Assembly: GCA_030390025.1 (NCBI GenBank)
Contig: CM059432.1
Location: 91,390,001 to 91,454,000, forward strand
DNA from: Squalus acanthias
Lineage: Eukaryota
Direction of reading: 5' to 3'
DNA: 64,000 bases
Numbering within the stretch: position 1 is the stretch's first letter; each line of letters opens with the position of its first letter. The notes below the pieces were generated by a model. That model saw only the letters and a list, made by a program, of their open reading frames with translations, was not told the origin of the DNA and did not search any database. This document shows, one piece after another, positions 1 to 13,844 of the stretch. The position numbers and the translations under genes were made by a program.

Positions 1-760
1 CCAAGCCATGGAACCCTTGTTTCAACATTCTGATGGTTATTTCACCATACGTCCCATTGTGATCCTGGTGGCTGCATTCAGCTCTTGTTCTTGACTCCCT
101 CAAGGGGGTCATAAGCCAGAGCTCGATGATATATTTGGTGTCCGAGAAGCTCTTCAAATAGTGATGGCACCACAGATTGATATAAGAAAAGATGTCATCA
201 CTGCTACCAAGATAGTGGGCATCTATGTGCATATTTTGGGCATATGTTCACAGGACAGCTGGTCATTAATGGAAAAGAACCCCTTTCTGTTCATGAAGGT
301 GATGAGAGTGAGGGTAGGAGCCTATATGTCATCAATAACACCCTGCGCTTTGGAGAAACATGCACCTTGAAACAAGGCATCTGTCACTTGTTTTATGCAT
401 CAGTACATTGCTGATTTGAGATAATTGCATATATCCACTGCTGTTGCTTGGAAAACTCCGGTAGAGTAAAATTTCAAGGCAGTGATCATCATGATAGCTA
501 CTAGCAGAGTCTTCCTTGTCATGGAACTTGTCTGAAGATCTGCCTCAAGGACGCAGCATGCTGTGACTGTTTCCCTGATGAAGCATAGTCAGTGAAGGTA
601 GATCTTGTCAGACATTTCTAGGTAGCTGTTCATAGTCACAAGTGATTAGGTAAGGATGGGTGCAGGCAGTCTGCCTCAGACAATAATGCACTTCTCTCTC
701 ATTCCTCATCAAATTACCCTCTAAAAATGAGCAAAAAGAAAGATCAGCAGAATGCCCAGC
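1..760 (-). pseudogene. Highly decayed Harbinger transposase
   Basis: Minus-strand remnants ITALKFYSTGVFQA, CIKQVTDALF and TIRMLKQGF. Confidence 0.7.
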
Positions 761-879
761 TCCTTAATTATACTTGTGGCAACTTAACATTTAGTTGCTA
801 TCAAGCTACAGATGCAAAATGTGAGTCACAAAAAATTGTAAAAAGGCAAAAACCAGAAGTTTATGCAATGAAAAATATT

Positions 880-1170
880 TTATTTTATTAATTCTCTGGA
901 TGTATGTGTTGGTGGCAAAGCTGACATTTATTGTCCAGCGCTAGTTGTTCTTAGAAGGTGGTGGTGGGGCTTCTTCTTGAATCACTGCAGCCATTTTTAT
1001 TCTTTATAATGGTTTGATACAACTGAGTGGCTTGCTAGGCCACTTCAGAGGGCAGTTAAGAGTCAACTACATTGGTGGCAGCCTGGAGTCATATATAGAC
1101 TAGACTGGTAAGGACATCAGGTTTCTGAATTATTAGTCCAAGCCTCAGGATTACTAGTTCAGTAACATAC
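880..1170 (-). mobile_element. Bipartite non-autonomous derivative of the tRNA-headed LINE
   Basis: Matches the 5' UTR (actagtaatcc...ctcttaactgccctctgaagtggcctagcaagccactcagttgta) joined directly to the 3' tail (ctgcag..ttcaagaag..caccaccaccttct..caataaatg) of the element at 2713-5880. Confidence 0.75.
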
Positions 1171-1342
1171 GCTTGTCCAAAAAAGCAATTACAAACTGAT
1201 CATTGTAGGAAAACTAAGATCTGAAGGTACTAATGGTACTTACCTTTAGAGTTCACTATAAAAATGGTCAACCCAGATGCCCATTTTAAATGGGTACACA
1301 ATAATCTCAAAGAATTTCTGGCATCACCCAACCAGCACTGGA

Positions 1343-1625
1343 AGTAGGAACAGGAGTAGGCCATTCAGCCCTTTGAACCAGTTCCACCATTCAATTAGAT
1401 CATGGCTGATCTGTATCTTAACTCCATTTACCTGCCTTGGCTCTATATCCCTTTATACCCATGTATAATAAAAATCTATCATTCTCAGTTGTGAAATTTT
1501 CAAGTGACCTAGTCTCAACAGCTTTTTCCACTACCCTTTGTGTGAAGAAGTGCTTCCTGACATCACCCCTCAATGGTCTAACTCTAATTTTAAGGTTATG
1601 CCCCCTTGTTCTGGACTCCCCCAAC
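1343..1625 (-). mobile_element. CR1 LINE 3' fragment
   Basis: GESRTRGHNLKIR..RKHFFTQRVV and a CR1-type 3' UTR. Confidence 0.85.
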
Positions 1626-2712
1626 TGCTGCAGTCACAACTGCAACCTCAAAGCAGGGCAAAGACCGCATTGTCTGTGGCTGTCAAGGTGACCATGGCTC
1701 TTATCTCTTCTGGATTCTTCCAGGTTGCTGCTGGAGATATAAGCAATGTCTTACAGTTTGCAGTACACAGCTGTGTAAGGGAGGTCACTGAGGCTCTCTA
1801 TACACAGAGAAAAGGCTTTGTCTCATTCCCTCTCGCCAGAGAGGCAAGCAGGCGGAGTGAGCACAAGGGTCTGCACAGATTGCAGGCTTCACCATGGTGC
1901 AGGCTGCCATTGACTGCACACACATTGGCTTGCGTGCATCTCATGTCAACTCAGCCATTTTCCTGAACCGAAAAGGATTCCACTCCCTCAATATGAAGCT
2001 GGTGTGAGACGACAGGCAGCGCATGATGCAGGTGAATGCCCATTACCCTGGCAGCAGTCATGATTCCTTCATTCTGCGGGAGTCCTCTGTGCCAGCGCAT
2101 TTGACCCACCATGGCAAGTCGAAAACTGGCTACTGGGCGACAAGTGTTATCCACTCATGACATGGCTCATGACTCCGGTCCAGAACCCACGCACACGTGC
2201 ACAGCAAGCATACAATGAGAGCCATATTGCCACAAGGAACATTATAGAGCACACCATCGGCATCCTCAAGCAATGCTTCCACTGCCTGGACTGCTCTGGA
2301 GGAGCCCTGTAGTGCTCAGCTGAGCAGTTATCAAGATTTGTGGTAGTATGCTGCATGCTGCAAAACCTGGCCATTTTGAGGGTACAGCACTTGCCACTAC
2401 CTATCAGGCAAGAAGGTGAGGAGCAGGAGCATGAGAACAGAAGAAGGAGGAGGAGGAGGAGGAGGAGGAGGAAGTGCAACAGGAAGTGGAGGAACAGGAA
2501 GAGGAACGGAGGATACAATGCAGACAGCCCCTTTCTGCCCGGGCTCTATGTGAGCAAATAATTCATGAGCGATACAAGTAACCTCAACCACACCTACTCG
2601 TTCACCAACCATCCCACGCTCCTTACCTTTCCTCTATCACTGACCATCGTCCTCTTTCCAACAACATAAAAATAAAAGCCAACAGAAAATGTACATTCCA
2701 GTCCAATTTTAT

Positions 2713-5700
2713 TAGGGAACGGTAGCGTAGTGGTAATGTCACTGGGCTAGTAATCCAGAGGCCTGGCCTAATGATCCAGAGACTCGAGTTCAAATCCCAC
2801 CACGGCAGCTGGGGAATTTAAATTCAGTTAATTAAATAAATCTGGAATAATTACTAGTATCAGTAATAGTAACCATGGAACTATCGGATTGTCGTAAAAA
2901 TCCATCTAGTTCATTAATGTCCTTTAGGAAAGGCAATCTGCCGTTCTGGCCTATATGTAACTGAAGACCCACGCCAATGTGGTTAACTCTTAACTGCCCT
3001 AGAAATGGCCTAGCAAGCCACTCAGTTGTAACAAACCGCTACGAAAAACAATAAAAATGAAACCGGATGGACCATCGACCTCAGCACCAGCTACGGACAT
3101 GGCAACGGCACACCCAGCCCAGTTGACCCTGCAAAGTCCTCCTCACCAACATCTGGGGACTTGTGCCAAAATTGGGAGAGCTGTCCCACAAACTAGTCAA
3201 GCAACAGCTTGACATAGTCATGCTCACAGAATCATACCTTTCAGCCAATGTCCCAAACTCTATCACCATCCCTTGGTATGGCCTGTCCCACCGGCAGGAC
3301 AGACCCACCAGGGGTGGCGGCACAGTGGTATACAGTCGGAAAGGAGTGGCCCTGGGAGTCCTCAACATTGACTCCAGACCCCATGAAGTCTCATGGCTTC
3401 AGGTCAAGCGTGGGCAAGGAAACATCCTGCTGATTAGCACCTACCGCCCTCCCTCAGCTGATGAATCAGTACTCCTCCATGTTGAACACCACTTGGAAGA
3501 AGCACTGAGAGTAGCAAGGGCGCAGAATGTAGTCTGGGTGGGGAACTTCAATGTCTATCACTAAGAGTGGCTCGGTAGCACCACTACTGGGCCTGCGACA
3601 GGTGGTGAGAGAACCAACACGAGGGAAAACCTACTTGACCTTGTCCTCACCAATCTACCTGTCGCAGATGCATCTGTCCATGACAGTGAGCAGTGATCAC
3701 CGCACAGTCATTGTGGAGACGAAGTCGCGTCTTCACACTGAGGACACCCTGCATCGTGTTGTGTGGCACTACCACCGTGCTAAATGGGATGGATTCAGAA
3801 CAGATCTAGCAGCTCAAAACTGGGCATCCATGAGGTGCTGTGGGCCATCAGCAGCAGCAGAATTGTATTCCACCACAATCTGTAACCGCATGGCCTGGCA
3901 TATCCTTCACTCTACCATTACCATCAAGCCAGGGGACCAACCCTGGTTCAATAAGGAGTGTAGAAGAGCATGCAAGGAACAGCACCAGGCGTACCTAAAA
4001 ATGAGGTGCCAAACTGAGGAAGCTGCAACACAGGACTACATGCATGCTAAACAACGGAAGCAGCATGCTATAGACAAGGCTAAGCGATCCCACAATCAAC
4101 AGATCAGATCAAAGCGCTGCAGTCCTGCCACATCCAGTCGTGAATGGTGGTGGACCATTAAACAACTAAAGGGGGGAGGAGGATCCATGAATATCCCCAT
4201 CCTCAATGATGGTGGAGCCCAGCACGAGTGCAAAAGACAAGGCTGAAGCGTTTGCAGCCAGAAGTGCCGAGTGGATGATAAATATCGGCCTACTCCTGAG
4301 GTCCCCACCATCACAGAAGCCAGTCTTCAGCCAATCCGATTCACTCCACGTGATATCAAGAAACGGCTGAGCGCACTGGATACAGCAAAGGCTATCGCGC
4401 TGAAGACTTATGCTCCAGAACTAGTCACACCTCTAGCCAAGCTATTCCAGTACAGCTATAACACTGTCATCTATCCGACAATGTGGAAAACTGCCCAGGT
4501 ATGTCCTGTCCACAAAAAGCAGAACAAATCCAAACCGGCCAATTACCACCCAATCAGTCTACTCTCAATCATCAACAAAGTGATGGAAGGTGTCATCGAA
4601 AGTGCTATCAAGCGGCACTTACTCGCCAATAACCTGCTCACGGGTTCCCAGTTTGGATTCCGCCAAGACCACTCGGCTTCCGACCTCATTACAGCCTTGG
4701 TACAAACATGGACAAAGGAGCTGAATTCCAGAGGTGAGGTGAGTGTGACTGCCCTTGACATCAAGGCAGCATTTGACCGAGTGTAGCATCAACGAGCCTT
4801 AGTAAAACTGAAGTCAGGGGGAAAACGCTCCACTGGCTGGAGTCATACCTAGCACAAAGAAAGGTGGTTGTGGTGGTTGAAGGTCAATCATCACAGTCGC
4901 AGGACATCGTTGCAGGAGTTCCTCAGGGCAGTGTCCTAGGCCCAACCATCTTCAGCTGCTTCATCAATGACCTTCCCTCCAACATAAGGTCAGAAATGGG
5001 GATGTTTGCTGATGACTGCACAGTGTTCAGCGCCATTCACAACTCCTCAGATAATGAAGCAGTCCATGCCCGCATGCAACAAGATCTGGACGATGCAGGT
5101 AACATTCGCGCGACAGAAGCTCCAGGCAATGACTATCTCCAACAAGCGAGAGTCTAACCACCTCCCCTTGACATTCAACGGTATTACCATTGCCGAATCC
5201 CCCAGCATCAACATCCTGGGGGTCACCATTGACCAGAAACTTAACTGGACCAGCCACATAAATACAGTGGCAACAAGAGCAGGTCAGAGGCTAGGTATTC
5301 TGCGGCGAGTGTCTCACCTCCTGACTCCCCAAAGCCTTTCCACCATCTACAAGACACAAGTAAGGAGTGTGATGGAATACTTTCCACTTGCCTGGATGAG
5401 TGCAGCTCCAACAACACTCAAGAAGCTCGACACCATCCAGGACAAAGCAGCCCGCTTGATTGGCACCCCATCCACCACCTTAAACATTCACTCCCTCCAC
5501 CACCGGCGTACCGTGGCTGCAGTGTGTACCATCTATAAGATGCACTGCAGCAACTTGCCAAGGCTTCTTTGGCAGCACCTCCCAAACCCGAGACCTAAAA
5601 GGACAAGGGCAACAGGCGCATGGGAACATCACCACCTCCAAGTTCCCCTCCAAGTCACACACCATCCTGACTTGGAAGTATATCGCCATTCCTTCATCGT

Positions 5701-5880
5701 CACTGGGTCAAAATCCTGGAACTTCCTCCCTAACAGCACTGTGGGAGTAACTTCACCACACGGACTGCAGCAGTTCAAGAAGGCTGCTCACCACCACCTT
5801 CTCAAGGGCAATTAGGGATGGGCAATAAATGCTGGCCTTGCCAGTGATGCCCACATCCCATAAATGAATTTTTTTTTAAA
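2713..5880 (+). mobile_element. Full-length single-ORF APE-RT non-LTR retrotransposon (CR1/L2-group-like) with a tRNA-like 5' head; ORF disrupted
   Basis: 11-bp TSD TCCAATTTTAT (2702-2712 and 5881-5891). APE motifs (LTESYL, YRPP, GNFN, SDH) and RT motifs ([25 protein letters not shown]). Confidence 0.9.
2716..2805 (+). promoter_or_regulatory. tRNA-derived Pol III internal promoter (A and B boxes)
   Basis: A box TAGCGTAGTGG at 2723-2733; B box GAGTTCAAATCC at 2786-2797. Confidence 0.75.
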
Positions 5881-6651
5881 TCCAATTTTATGAATTCAAT
5901 CAAGACATAATGCATAAAAAAATAAATTAATCGCCCTGGTACATTCCTTAGTGCCTGTGCCTATCCTAGTGCTCCGACGAGGTGCGTCCCAAGTGGCTGC
6001 AGCATAGATGGTAGAAAGCTGCTGACCTTCAATTAAGGATACAGCAGATGGTCTCGCAGGACGACCTGGAGCAGCTCTGGGCCTAGAATGCCCGGCTTCA
6101 GACTGCACCACCTCGGCATGGGCGGCAGTCATCTAGGCTGGCTTCTTGACAGGCAACAGCAAGGGTACTGGCAGAGTGGCAGTGCTGGGAGCAGGAATGC
6201 TCCATAGAGCCACTGCCACTCTCCCGGGGCGGTGCCTCAGCAATTCTAATGCTCTGTTGGAGAAAAGATTGATGGACTGCTGTGATGCCTTGGAAGCCCC
6301 TTTGAACAGTGATATCCAAAGCCATGGTGGCAGCAGTCTGAGATTCCACTGCAGCACTCAGACTTTTGGTGGAAGCTGCTTGTGCTACAATGGAAGCTGT
6401 GACATAAGCCACCAGACACTGTATCATGCTAGGTTCCACAGGTGGGCTGATGGAGGTGACCACCCATTCCATGTTGGAAAGGATGGGCTCCAAGGTCTGC
6501 GCACAGCCCTGTGCCAAATTGGTGCTGGACTCCTCCAAGCTCTTTGATATTGAGCTCCGGCTTTCTAGCAAGCTTTCCTGTGCACCAAGCATTTGGGTTT
6601 GTACACCCATCAACCTTCTTCTGTAGCATGGCCCATCAAAGTCCTCATCTG

Positions 6652-8387
6652 GTGGGGCCCAGCACGCGAGTGCAAAAGACAAGGCTGAAGCGTTTGCAAC
6701 AATCTTCAGCCAGAAGTAGAGTGGATGATACTTCTCGGCCTCCTCCTGGGGTCCCCACCATCACAGAAGCCAGTCTTCAGATAATTCGATTCACTCCACG
6801 TGATATCAAGAAAAGACTGAGCGCACTGGATACAGCAAAGGCTATGGGCCCCGACAACATCCCGGCTGTAGTGCTGAAGATGTGTGCTCCAGAACTAGCC
6901 TCGCCTCTAGACAAGCTGTTCCAGTACAGCTACAACACTGGCACCGACCCGACAATGTGGAAAACTGCCCAAGTATGTCCTGCCTACAAAAAGCAGGACA
7001 AATCCAATCCAGCCAATTACCGCCCCATCAGCCTACTTTCAGTCATCAGCAAAGTGATGGAAGGTGTCGTTGACAGTGTTATCAAGCTGCACTTACTCAC
7101 CAATAATCTGCTCACCAATGCTTAGTTTAGGTTCCGCTAAGACCACTCGGCTCCCGACCTCATTACAACCTTGGTCCAAACATGGAAAAAAAGAGCTGAA
7201 TTCCAGAGGTCAGGTGAGTGTGACTGCTCTTGACATCAAGACAGTATTTGACCGCGTGTGGCATCAAGGAGCCCTAGTAAAATTGAAGTCAATCGGAATT
7301 AGGGGGGAAACTCTCCACTGGAGTCATACCTAGCACAAAGGGAGATGGTTGTGGTTGTTGGAGGTCAAACATCTCAGCCCCAGGACATCGCTGCAGGAGT
7401 TCCTCAGGGCAGTGACCTAGGCCCAACCATCTTCAGCTGCTTCATCAATGACCTTCCCTCAATCATAAGGTCAGAAGTGAGGATTTCACTGATGATTGCA
7501 GTGTTTAGTTCAATTTTCAACTCCTCAGATAATGAAGCAGTGCTTGCTTGTATGCAACAAGGCCTGGACAACATTCAGGCTTGGGCTGGTAAGTGGAAAC
7601 TAACATTCGCGCCACACAAGTGCCAGACAATGACTATCTCCAACAAGAGAGAGGCTAGCCACCTCCATTTGACATTCAACGGAATTACCATCGCTGAATT
7701 CCCACCATCAACATCCTGGGGGTCACCACTGACCAGAAACTTAACTGGACCAGCCATATAAATACTGTGGCAACAAGAGCAGGTCAGAGGCTGGGTATTC
7801 TGCAGCGAGTGTCTCACCTCATGACTCCCCAAAGCCTTTCCACAATCTACAAGGCACAAGTCAGGAGTGTGATGGAATACTCTCCACTTGCCTGGATGAG
7901 TGCAGCTCCAACAACACTCAAGAAGCTCGACACCATCCAGGACAAAGCAGGCTGCTTGATTGGCACCCCATCCACCACCTTAAACATTCACTCCCTCCAC
8001 CACCGGCGTACCGTGGCTGCAGTGTGTACCATCTACAAGGTACACTACAGAAACTCACCAAGGCTTCTTCGACAGTACCCCCCAAACCCGTGACCTCTTC
8101 CACCTAGAAGGACAAGGGCAGCAAGTGCATGGGTACAGCACCACCTCCAAATTCCCCTCCAAGTCACACACCATCCTGACTTGGAAATATCTCCCCGTTC
8201 CTTCATCATCGTTGGGTCAAAATCCTGGAATTCCCTACCTAACAACACTGTGGGAGTACCTTCACCATACGGACTGAAGTGGTTCGAGAAGACCGCTCAC
8301 CACTACCTTCTCAAGGGCAATTAGGGATGGGCAATAAATGCTGGCCTTGCCAGTGACGCCCACATCCCATGAATGAATTAAAAAAAA
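6652..8387 (+). mobile_element. 5'-truncated copy of the same APE-RT LINE, inserted in H2 Myb exon 3
   Basis: RT and 3' tail match 4210-5870; A-rich tail; ATCTG duplicated at both ends. Confidence 0.9.
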
Positions 8388-10024
8388 ATCTGAGTCCTTC
8401 GCAGCAGAACTAGTGTGCGACCTCGATCTCCGGTGAGCTGGCACCTGCACTATCCTTTGCCCCCACCCCGGCTCCTGCGCACATGTGCCTGGTGTCTCAC
8501 CATGTGCAGATCCCTCCTCTATCCTAGCCTCTAAAATACGCGCAGTGTCAGTCTCTAAGCTGGTGGCTGAGATTCTGAGTCTCTTCATCTTCACATTCTT
8601 CTTCCCCTTCCTCCATTGACTGTGCAAGTTCCAGTTCTTGGGCAGCTGAAATGAAAAAGGGACAAGGATTGGGTTGTGATGAGGGGAGAGGAGAAAGTAA
8701 GAATTGCGTGCTTACATCCTCAGCAGCTTGTCAGTCAGAAGAGATTGAGGGATGAGGGAGAAGTGGGATGAAAGAAAGAGGATTAGGTGTACGGATACCG
8801 TCATCATCAATCACTTTAGCGCTGCCAGTGGCTACGGCCTCAGCGATGCCCCTTCCCATGACTCCTCCATGGGTGTTAAAACGTGCAGGCATGCTTGTCC
8901 TCCTTCAGTTGGATGCTGCTGCCTGCTGTTATGTGCCACCTTCTGCTGCAAGAAAGAGGGAAGTGCGTCAGTGAATGTCATGCAATTATTTGGGTGATGT
9001 GGCTGTCGTGGCTGAATAGCTGCCAGTGAGTGCGCGCTGTGAGTTGTGGGTGCGAGGCTTGCAACAGTGCTAAGTGGGTGCAGGTGAGATAAAGCATATG
9101 AATGTAACGGTTGAGTCCTGATTGATAAAGATTGTTGGTAAATGGATGATGGGGGTGTAGTGAATTGAGCACTGGATGTGGCTAGTGGTGCAGGGGTAGA
9201 ATATGCCATTTGAAGATGAACTCACTCACTTTGGCAACTTGTGTGAGATCATTAAACTTCTTCCTACACTGCATTCAAATTCTTGGAGCAGCACTCCTAG
9301 CATTGACACTCGCCACTACTTAGTCCCACTGCCTCCTGCCCCCCTTTGGATACAAGACATCTGTCCTCCTTTCCACCTATTCCACCAAGACCTCCAGTGC
9401 ATCGTCTGAAAACTTTGGTGCACACTCTCTTGCATGATCAGCCACTGCTCAAAGTATCACAGCAGTGACTCTGTTTTGTTGCAGCCACAATGCACCTCCC
9501 CTTTAAGAGGTGCAGGCTGCCTTTAAGTAGCGCTAGACACTCGCGATATCAGGCCCCCTGCTGATGCATGCAGCCAATGAACAGCGCATGTAGCGCTGGC
9601 TGCAACGCTAGGAACGGGCACGGGTTAATCATGAACTGTGATCCCGGTGCCCGTTTTTACATCTTATTCAAATTCTTCTCCATAGTTTGTCAAAATGCAA
9701 ATTCTAATTTGCCTTCATACCACTTTTAAGAAAAGGTATTCTGATTTTTTTTTGCATGCAATTTGAGCAATAATTTTAAAAACAGGAGAACTTCTTGATC
9801 CTTAGATTGTGCTGACAATATTTTAATTTATTAAATACAAGAACATCTTTAATTCACTGATGAAGGTGGGTGGGGGGGCGGGTGCATGCGTGCGTGTGCA
9901 ATGCCACGGGAGATCGACTAGTATATTTAAAAATATGAGCATAAAAGTGAAACACTGAAATTACTAGAAGTGTTAATCATCCTCAGTGATTACAGAACCT
10001 TGTTTGTCAGGGAACAATTGAATA

Positions 10025-12447
10025 TTTTTATTTATTTGATCCTGGGATGTGGGCGTTGTTGGCAATGCCAGCATTTACTGCCCATCCCTAATTGCCCTTG
10101 AGAAGGTGGTGGTGAGCCGCCTTCTTGAACCGCTGTGGTAAATGTACGTCCAGAGTGCTGTTCGGAAAGGAGTTCCAAGATTTTGACCCAGCAACGATGA
10201 AGGAACAGCGATATATTTCCAAGTCAGGATAGTGTGCAACTGGGAGGTGATGACGTTCCCATGCACCTGCTGCCCTTGTCCTTCTAGGTGGTAAAGGTCG
10301 CAGGTTTGGGAGGTGCTGTCGAAGAAGCCTTGAGGAGTTGCTGCAGTGCATCTTGTAGATGGTACACACTGCAGCCACGGTACACCGGTGGTGGAGGGAG
10401 AGAATGTTTAAGGTGGTGGATGGGGTGCTATACAAGCGGGCTGCTTTGTCTTGGATGATGTCGAGCTTCTTGAGTGTTGTTGGAGCTGCACTCATCCAGG
10501 CAAGTGGAGAGTATTCCATCACACTAAATGGTGAGAGATTGGGAAATGTTGGTGTTCAGAAGGCCCTGGGTGTCCATGTACACGAATCACTGAAAGCTAA
10601 CATGCAGGTACAGCAAGGAATTAAGAAAGCAAATGGTATGTTGGCCTTTATTACAAGAGGATTTGCGTATAAGAGTAAAGAGGTCTTACTGTAATTATAT
10701 AGGGTTCTGGTGAGACCACACCTGGAGTATTGTGTACAGTTTTGGTCTCCTTACCTAAGGAAGGATATACTTGCCACAGAGGGAGTGCAACAAAGGTTCA
10801 CCAGACTGATTCCTGGGATGGGGGGATTGTCGTATGAGGAGAGATTGAGTAGACTAGGCCTATATTCTCTAGAGTTTAGAAGAATGAGGTGTGATCTCAT
10901 TGAAACATACAAAATTCTTACAGGGTTTGACAGGGTAGATGCAGGGAGAATGTTTCATCTGGCTGGGGAGTCTAGAACCAGGGGTCACAGTCTCAGAATA
11001 AGGGTCAGCCATTTAGGACTGAGACGAAGAGAAATTTCTTCACTCAGAGGGTGGTGAATCTTTGGAATTCTCTACCCCAGAGGGCTGTGGACGTGCTCAG
11101 TCGTTGAGTACATTCATGACAGAGATCGATAGATTTTTGGATAATCAGGGAATCAAGGGATATGGGGATAGTGCAGGAAAGTGGAGATGAGGTAAAAGAC
11201 CAGCCATGATCTTATTGAATGATGGAGCAGGCTCAAGAGGCCAAATGGCCTACTCCTGCTCCTATTCCTTATGTTCTTACTCCTGACTTGTGCCTTGTAG
11301 ATGGTGGAAAGGCTTTGGGGAGTCAGGAAGTGAGACACTCGGCGCAGACTACCCAGCCTCTGATCAGCTCTTGTAGCCACAGTATTTATGTGACTGGTCC
11401 AGTTAAGTTTCTGGTCACTGGTGACCCCCAGGATGTTGATTGGTAGGGGATTTGGTGATGGCAATGCCATTGAATGTCAAGGGGCGGTAGCTAGACTCTC
11501 ACTTGTTGAAGATAGTCATTGCCTGGCACTTGTGTGGCGCAATGTTACTTGCCACCTATCAGACCAAGCCTGAACATCATGCAGGTCATGCTGCAAGCGG
11601 GCATGGACTGCTTCATTATCTGAGGAGTTGCGTATGGAGCTGAACACTGTGCAATCATCAGCGAACATCCCTACTTTTGACCTTATGATAGAGAGAAGAT
11701 CATTGATGAAGCAGCTGATGATGGTTGGGCCTAGGACACTGCCCTGAGGAACTCCTGTAGCGATGCCCTGGGGCGGATGTTTGCGAATGCTTCAGCCTTG
11801 TCTTTTGCACTCGCGTGCTGGGCTCCGCCATCATTAAGGATGGGGATATTTATGGAGCCTCCTCCCGTTAGGTGTTTAATTGTCCACCACTATTCATGAC
11901 TGGATGCGGCAGGACTGCAGAACTTTGATCTGATCTGTTGATTGTGGGATCACTTAGCTCTGTCTATAGCATGCTGCTTCCGCTGTTTAGCATGCATTTA
12001 GTTCTGTGTTGCAGCTTCACCAGGTTGGCACCTCATTTTTAGATACGCCTGGTGCTGCTCCTGGCATGCTCTTCTACACTCCTCATTGAACCAGGGTTGG
12101 TCCCCTAGCTTGATGGTAATGGTAGAGTGAGGGATATGCTGGGCCATGAGGTTACAGATTGTGGTAGAATACAATTTTGCTGCTGCTGATGGCCCACAGC
12201 GCCTCATGGATGCCCAGTTTTGAGCTGCCAGATCTGTTCTGAATCTATCCCATTTAGCATGGTGGTAGTGCCACACAACAAGACGGGACTTCGTCTCCAC
12301 AAGGACTGAGCGGTGGTCACTGCTACCAATGCTGTCATGGACAGATGCATCTGCGGCAGGTCAAGTAGGTTTTTCCCCTCGTGTTGGTTCTCTCACCACC
12401 TGCCGCAGGCCCAGTCTGGCACCTATGTCCTTCAGGACTCTGCCAGT
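10025..12447 (-). mobile_element. Internally deleted copy of the same LINE family
   Basis: MEYSPLAWMSAAPTTLKKLD and WDRFRTDLAAQNWASM; interrupted by a CR1. Confidence 0.85.
10525..11278 (+). mobile_element. 5'-truncated CR1 nested in the LINE above
   Basis: KKANGMLAFI, RPHLEYCVQFWSP, cttatgttctt tail. Confidence 0.9.
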
Positions 12448-13107
12448 TATGATGCACTTATTACAAAGAGACTCTTTCACTTCAGTGGCATATCAGTTTC
12501 CTTACTAAAGTTAAAATGCAGATACTATAAGCCACTAATTGAATTTTCATCTCTTGCCATAAGCATTAGGGCATTCAATTTTGCACTTAGTGCTAAAATG
12601 TACCAGGTAGTGTAAGGAGAATAGGATACATTTCTTTTCTAATCAATTTAACCGTTATATTCAGGACACTCAATGATCCAGCTTTTAAAAGCATTGTAGT
12701 GTTTATAGTACAATGGGGGGGAAAAAGTTAAGTGTTCTATGTTTAATTAAGGTCTTATAAGCCAAGAAGTCACTATCTGTGCTTTACATATTCATAATAA
12801 GAATGGCATTCTAACGTTAATGGAACATTGCTTTTAGCACAATTTTTTTTAATCTTTCCCTTATTTTATCTTACATTGTTTATCATTCTCAGCCTATGAA
12901 CAATTTGGGGATGTGCTTTTGAAGTGTATGATTTTATTGCCTATTCCCTTGTATGGTTGTATAATGTTTTAAATCTATAACTGGTTTGATATGCATTAAA
13001 AGAAAATCAATTGCTAGCCTGTAACTGAGCCATATTGGCCAGAAATTCTCAAGTTTCATTCCTGTTCTTTGTTGAGTTACCAATTTTTGATGGAGGCGAT
13101 AGTAAAA

Positions 13108-13218
13108 TCCTGAGGAAGGGTCTTAGACCTGAAATGTCGACTGACTTGACTTGTGATTCTCCACAGCTACTGGCTGACCAGCTGAGTAGTTCCAGCTTTT
13201 TCTGTTTTTGTTTTCAGA
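13108..13218 (+). mobile_element. Degenerate copy of the hammerhead-bearing repeat
   Basis: ctgagga-agggtcttagacct-gaaatgtcgact followed by the family tail. Confidence 0.6.
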
Positions 13219-13844
13219 GGTACTGAGGTTGATTCTAGTACACCCACTACCAAACCAATCCTAGATTTGAAAACTTATATAACTGTACAAGAGAGAGGGG
13301 AAAAAAACATTTAAAAAGCACATTGCAAAATAGCTTGCCAAGTACCCTAACTTAGGAAAGTGAGTCAGGGTAGAGTTGGAAGGGCAGACAGAAGTGTCAT
13401 TACTCTGCCCCAAAGAGGAGAATCCGGCTATATACTACTATTTTGACTATATAATCCAGCATTCTATTAAGTTTATCCTATAAAAGGACATTACGTAAAA
13501 GGGAGGATGCTGAGGCAGTCAGTGCAATCTCCATTACCTCGAACTGCTACATAGTGCAGAAAAAGGGTTAATGACCTTACAAGGTTGGCCAAGGTAAGAT
13601 AAAGTAAGAACATAAGAAATAGGAGTAGGCCATGCAGCTCATCGAGCCTGCTCCGTCATTCAATAAGATCATGGCTGAACTTCTACATCTATCCACTTCT
13701 CGTCCTATCCCTTGATTCCCTTAATGCCCTAAAATCTATTGATCTCAGTCCTGAATATAGTCAAAACTGAGCATCCACATTCCTCTGGGGAAGAGAATTC
13801 CAAAGATTCACAACCCTCAGTGAAGAAATTTCTCATCTCAATCT

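Larger units (their letters stand above)
1626..9681 (+). mobile_element. Decayed Harbinger (H2), left end lost, split by two LINE insertions
   Basis: Transposase remnants on + at 1626-2580 (AIDCTH, PGSSHDSFIL, CCMLQNLAI). Myb gene remnants on - at 5900-6650, 8388-8645, 8799-8945 and 9226-9436 (RKKFNDLTQVAK). Right end near 9681 is approximate. Confidence 0.85.

Noticed and set aside
1238..1300. Possible SERINC exon 4 next to a GTAAGTA donor-like site
   Set aside because: No SERINC-like translation could be read upstream of the donor.
2716..2805. Functional tRNA gene
   Set aside because: A and B boxes are present but there is no convincing cloverleaf or terminator, and it lies inside a retroposon TSD.
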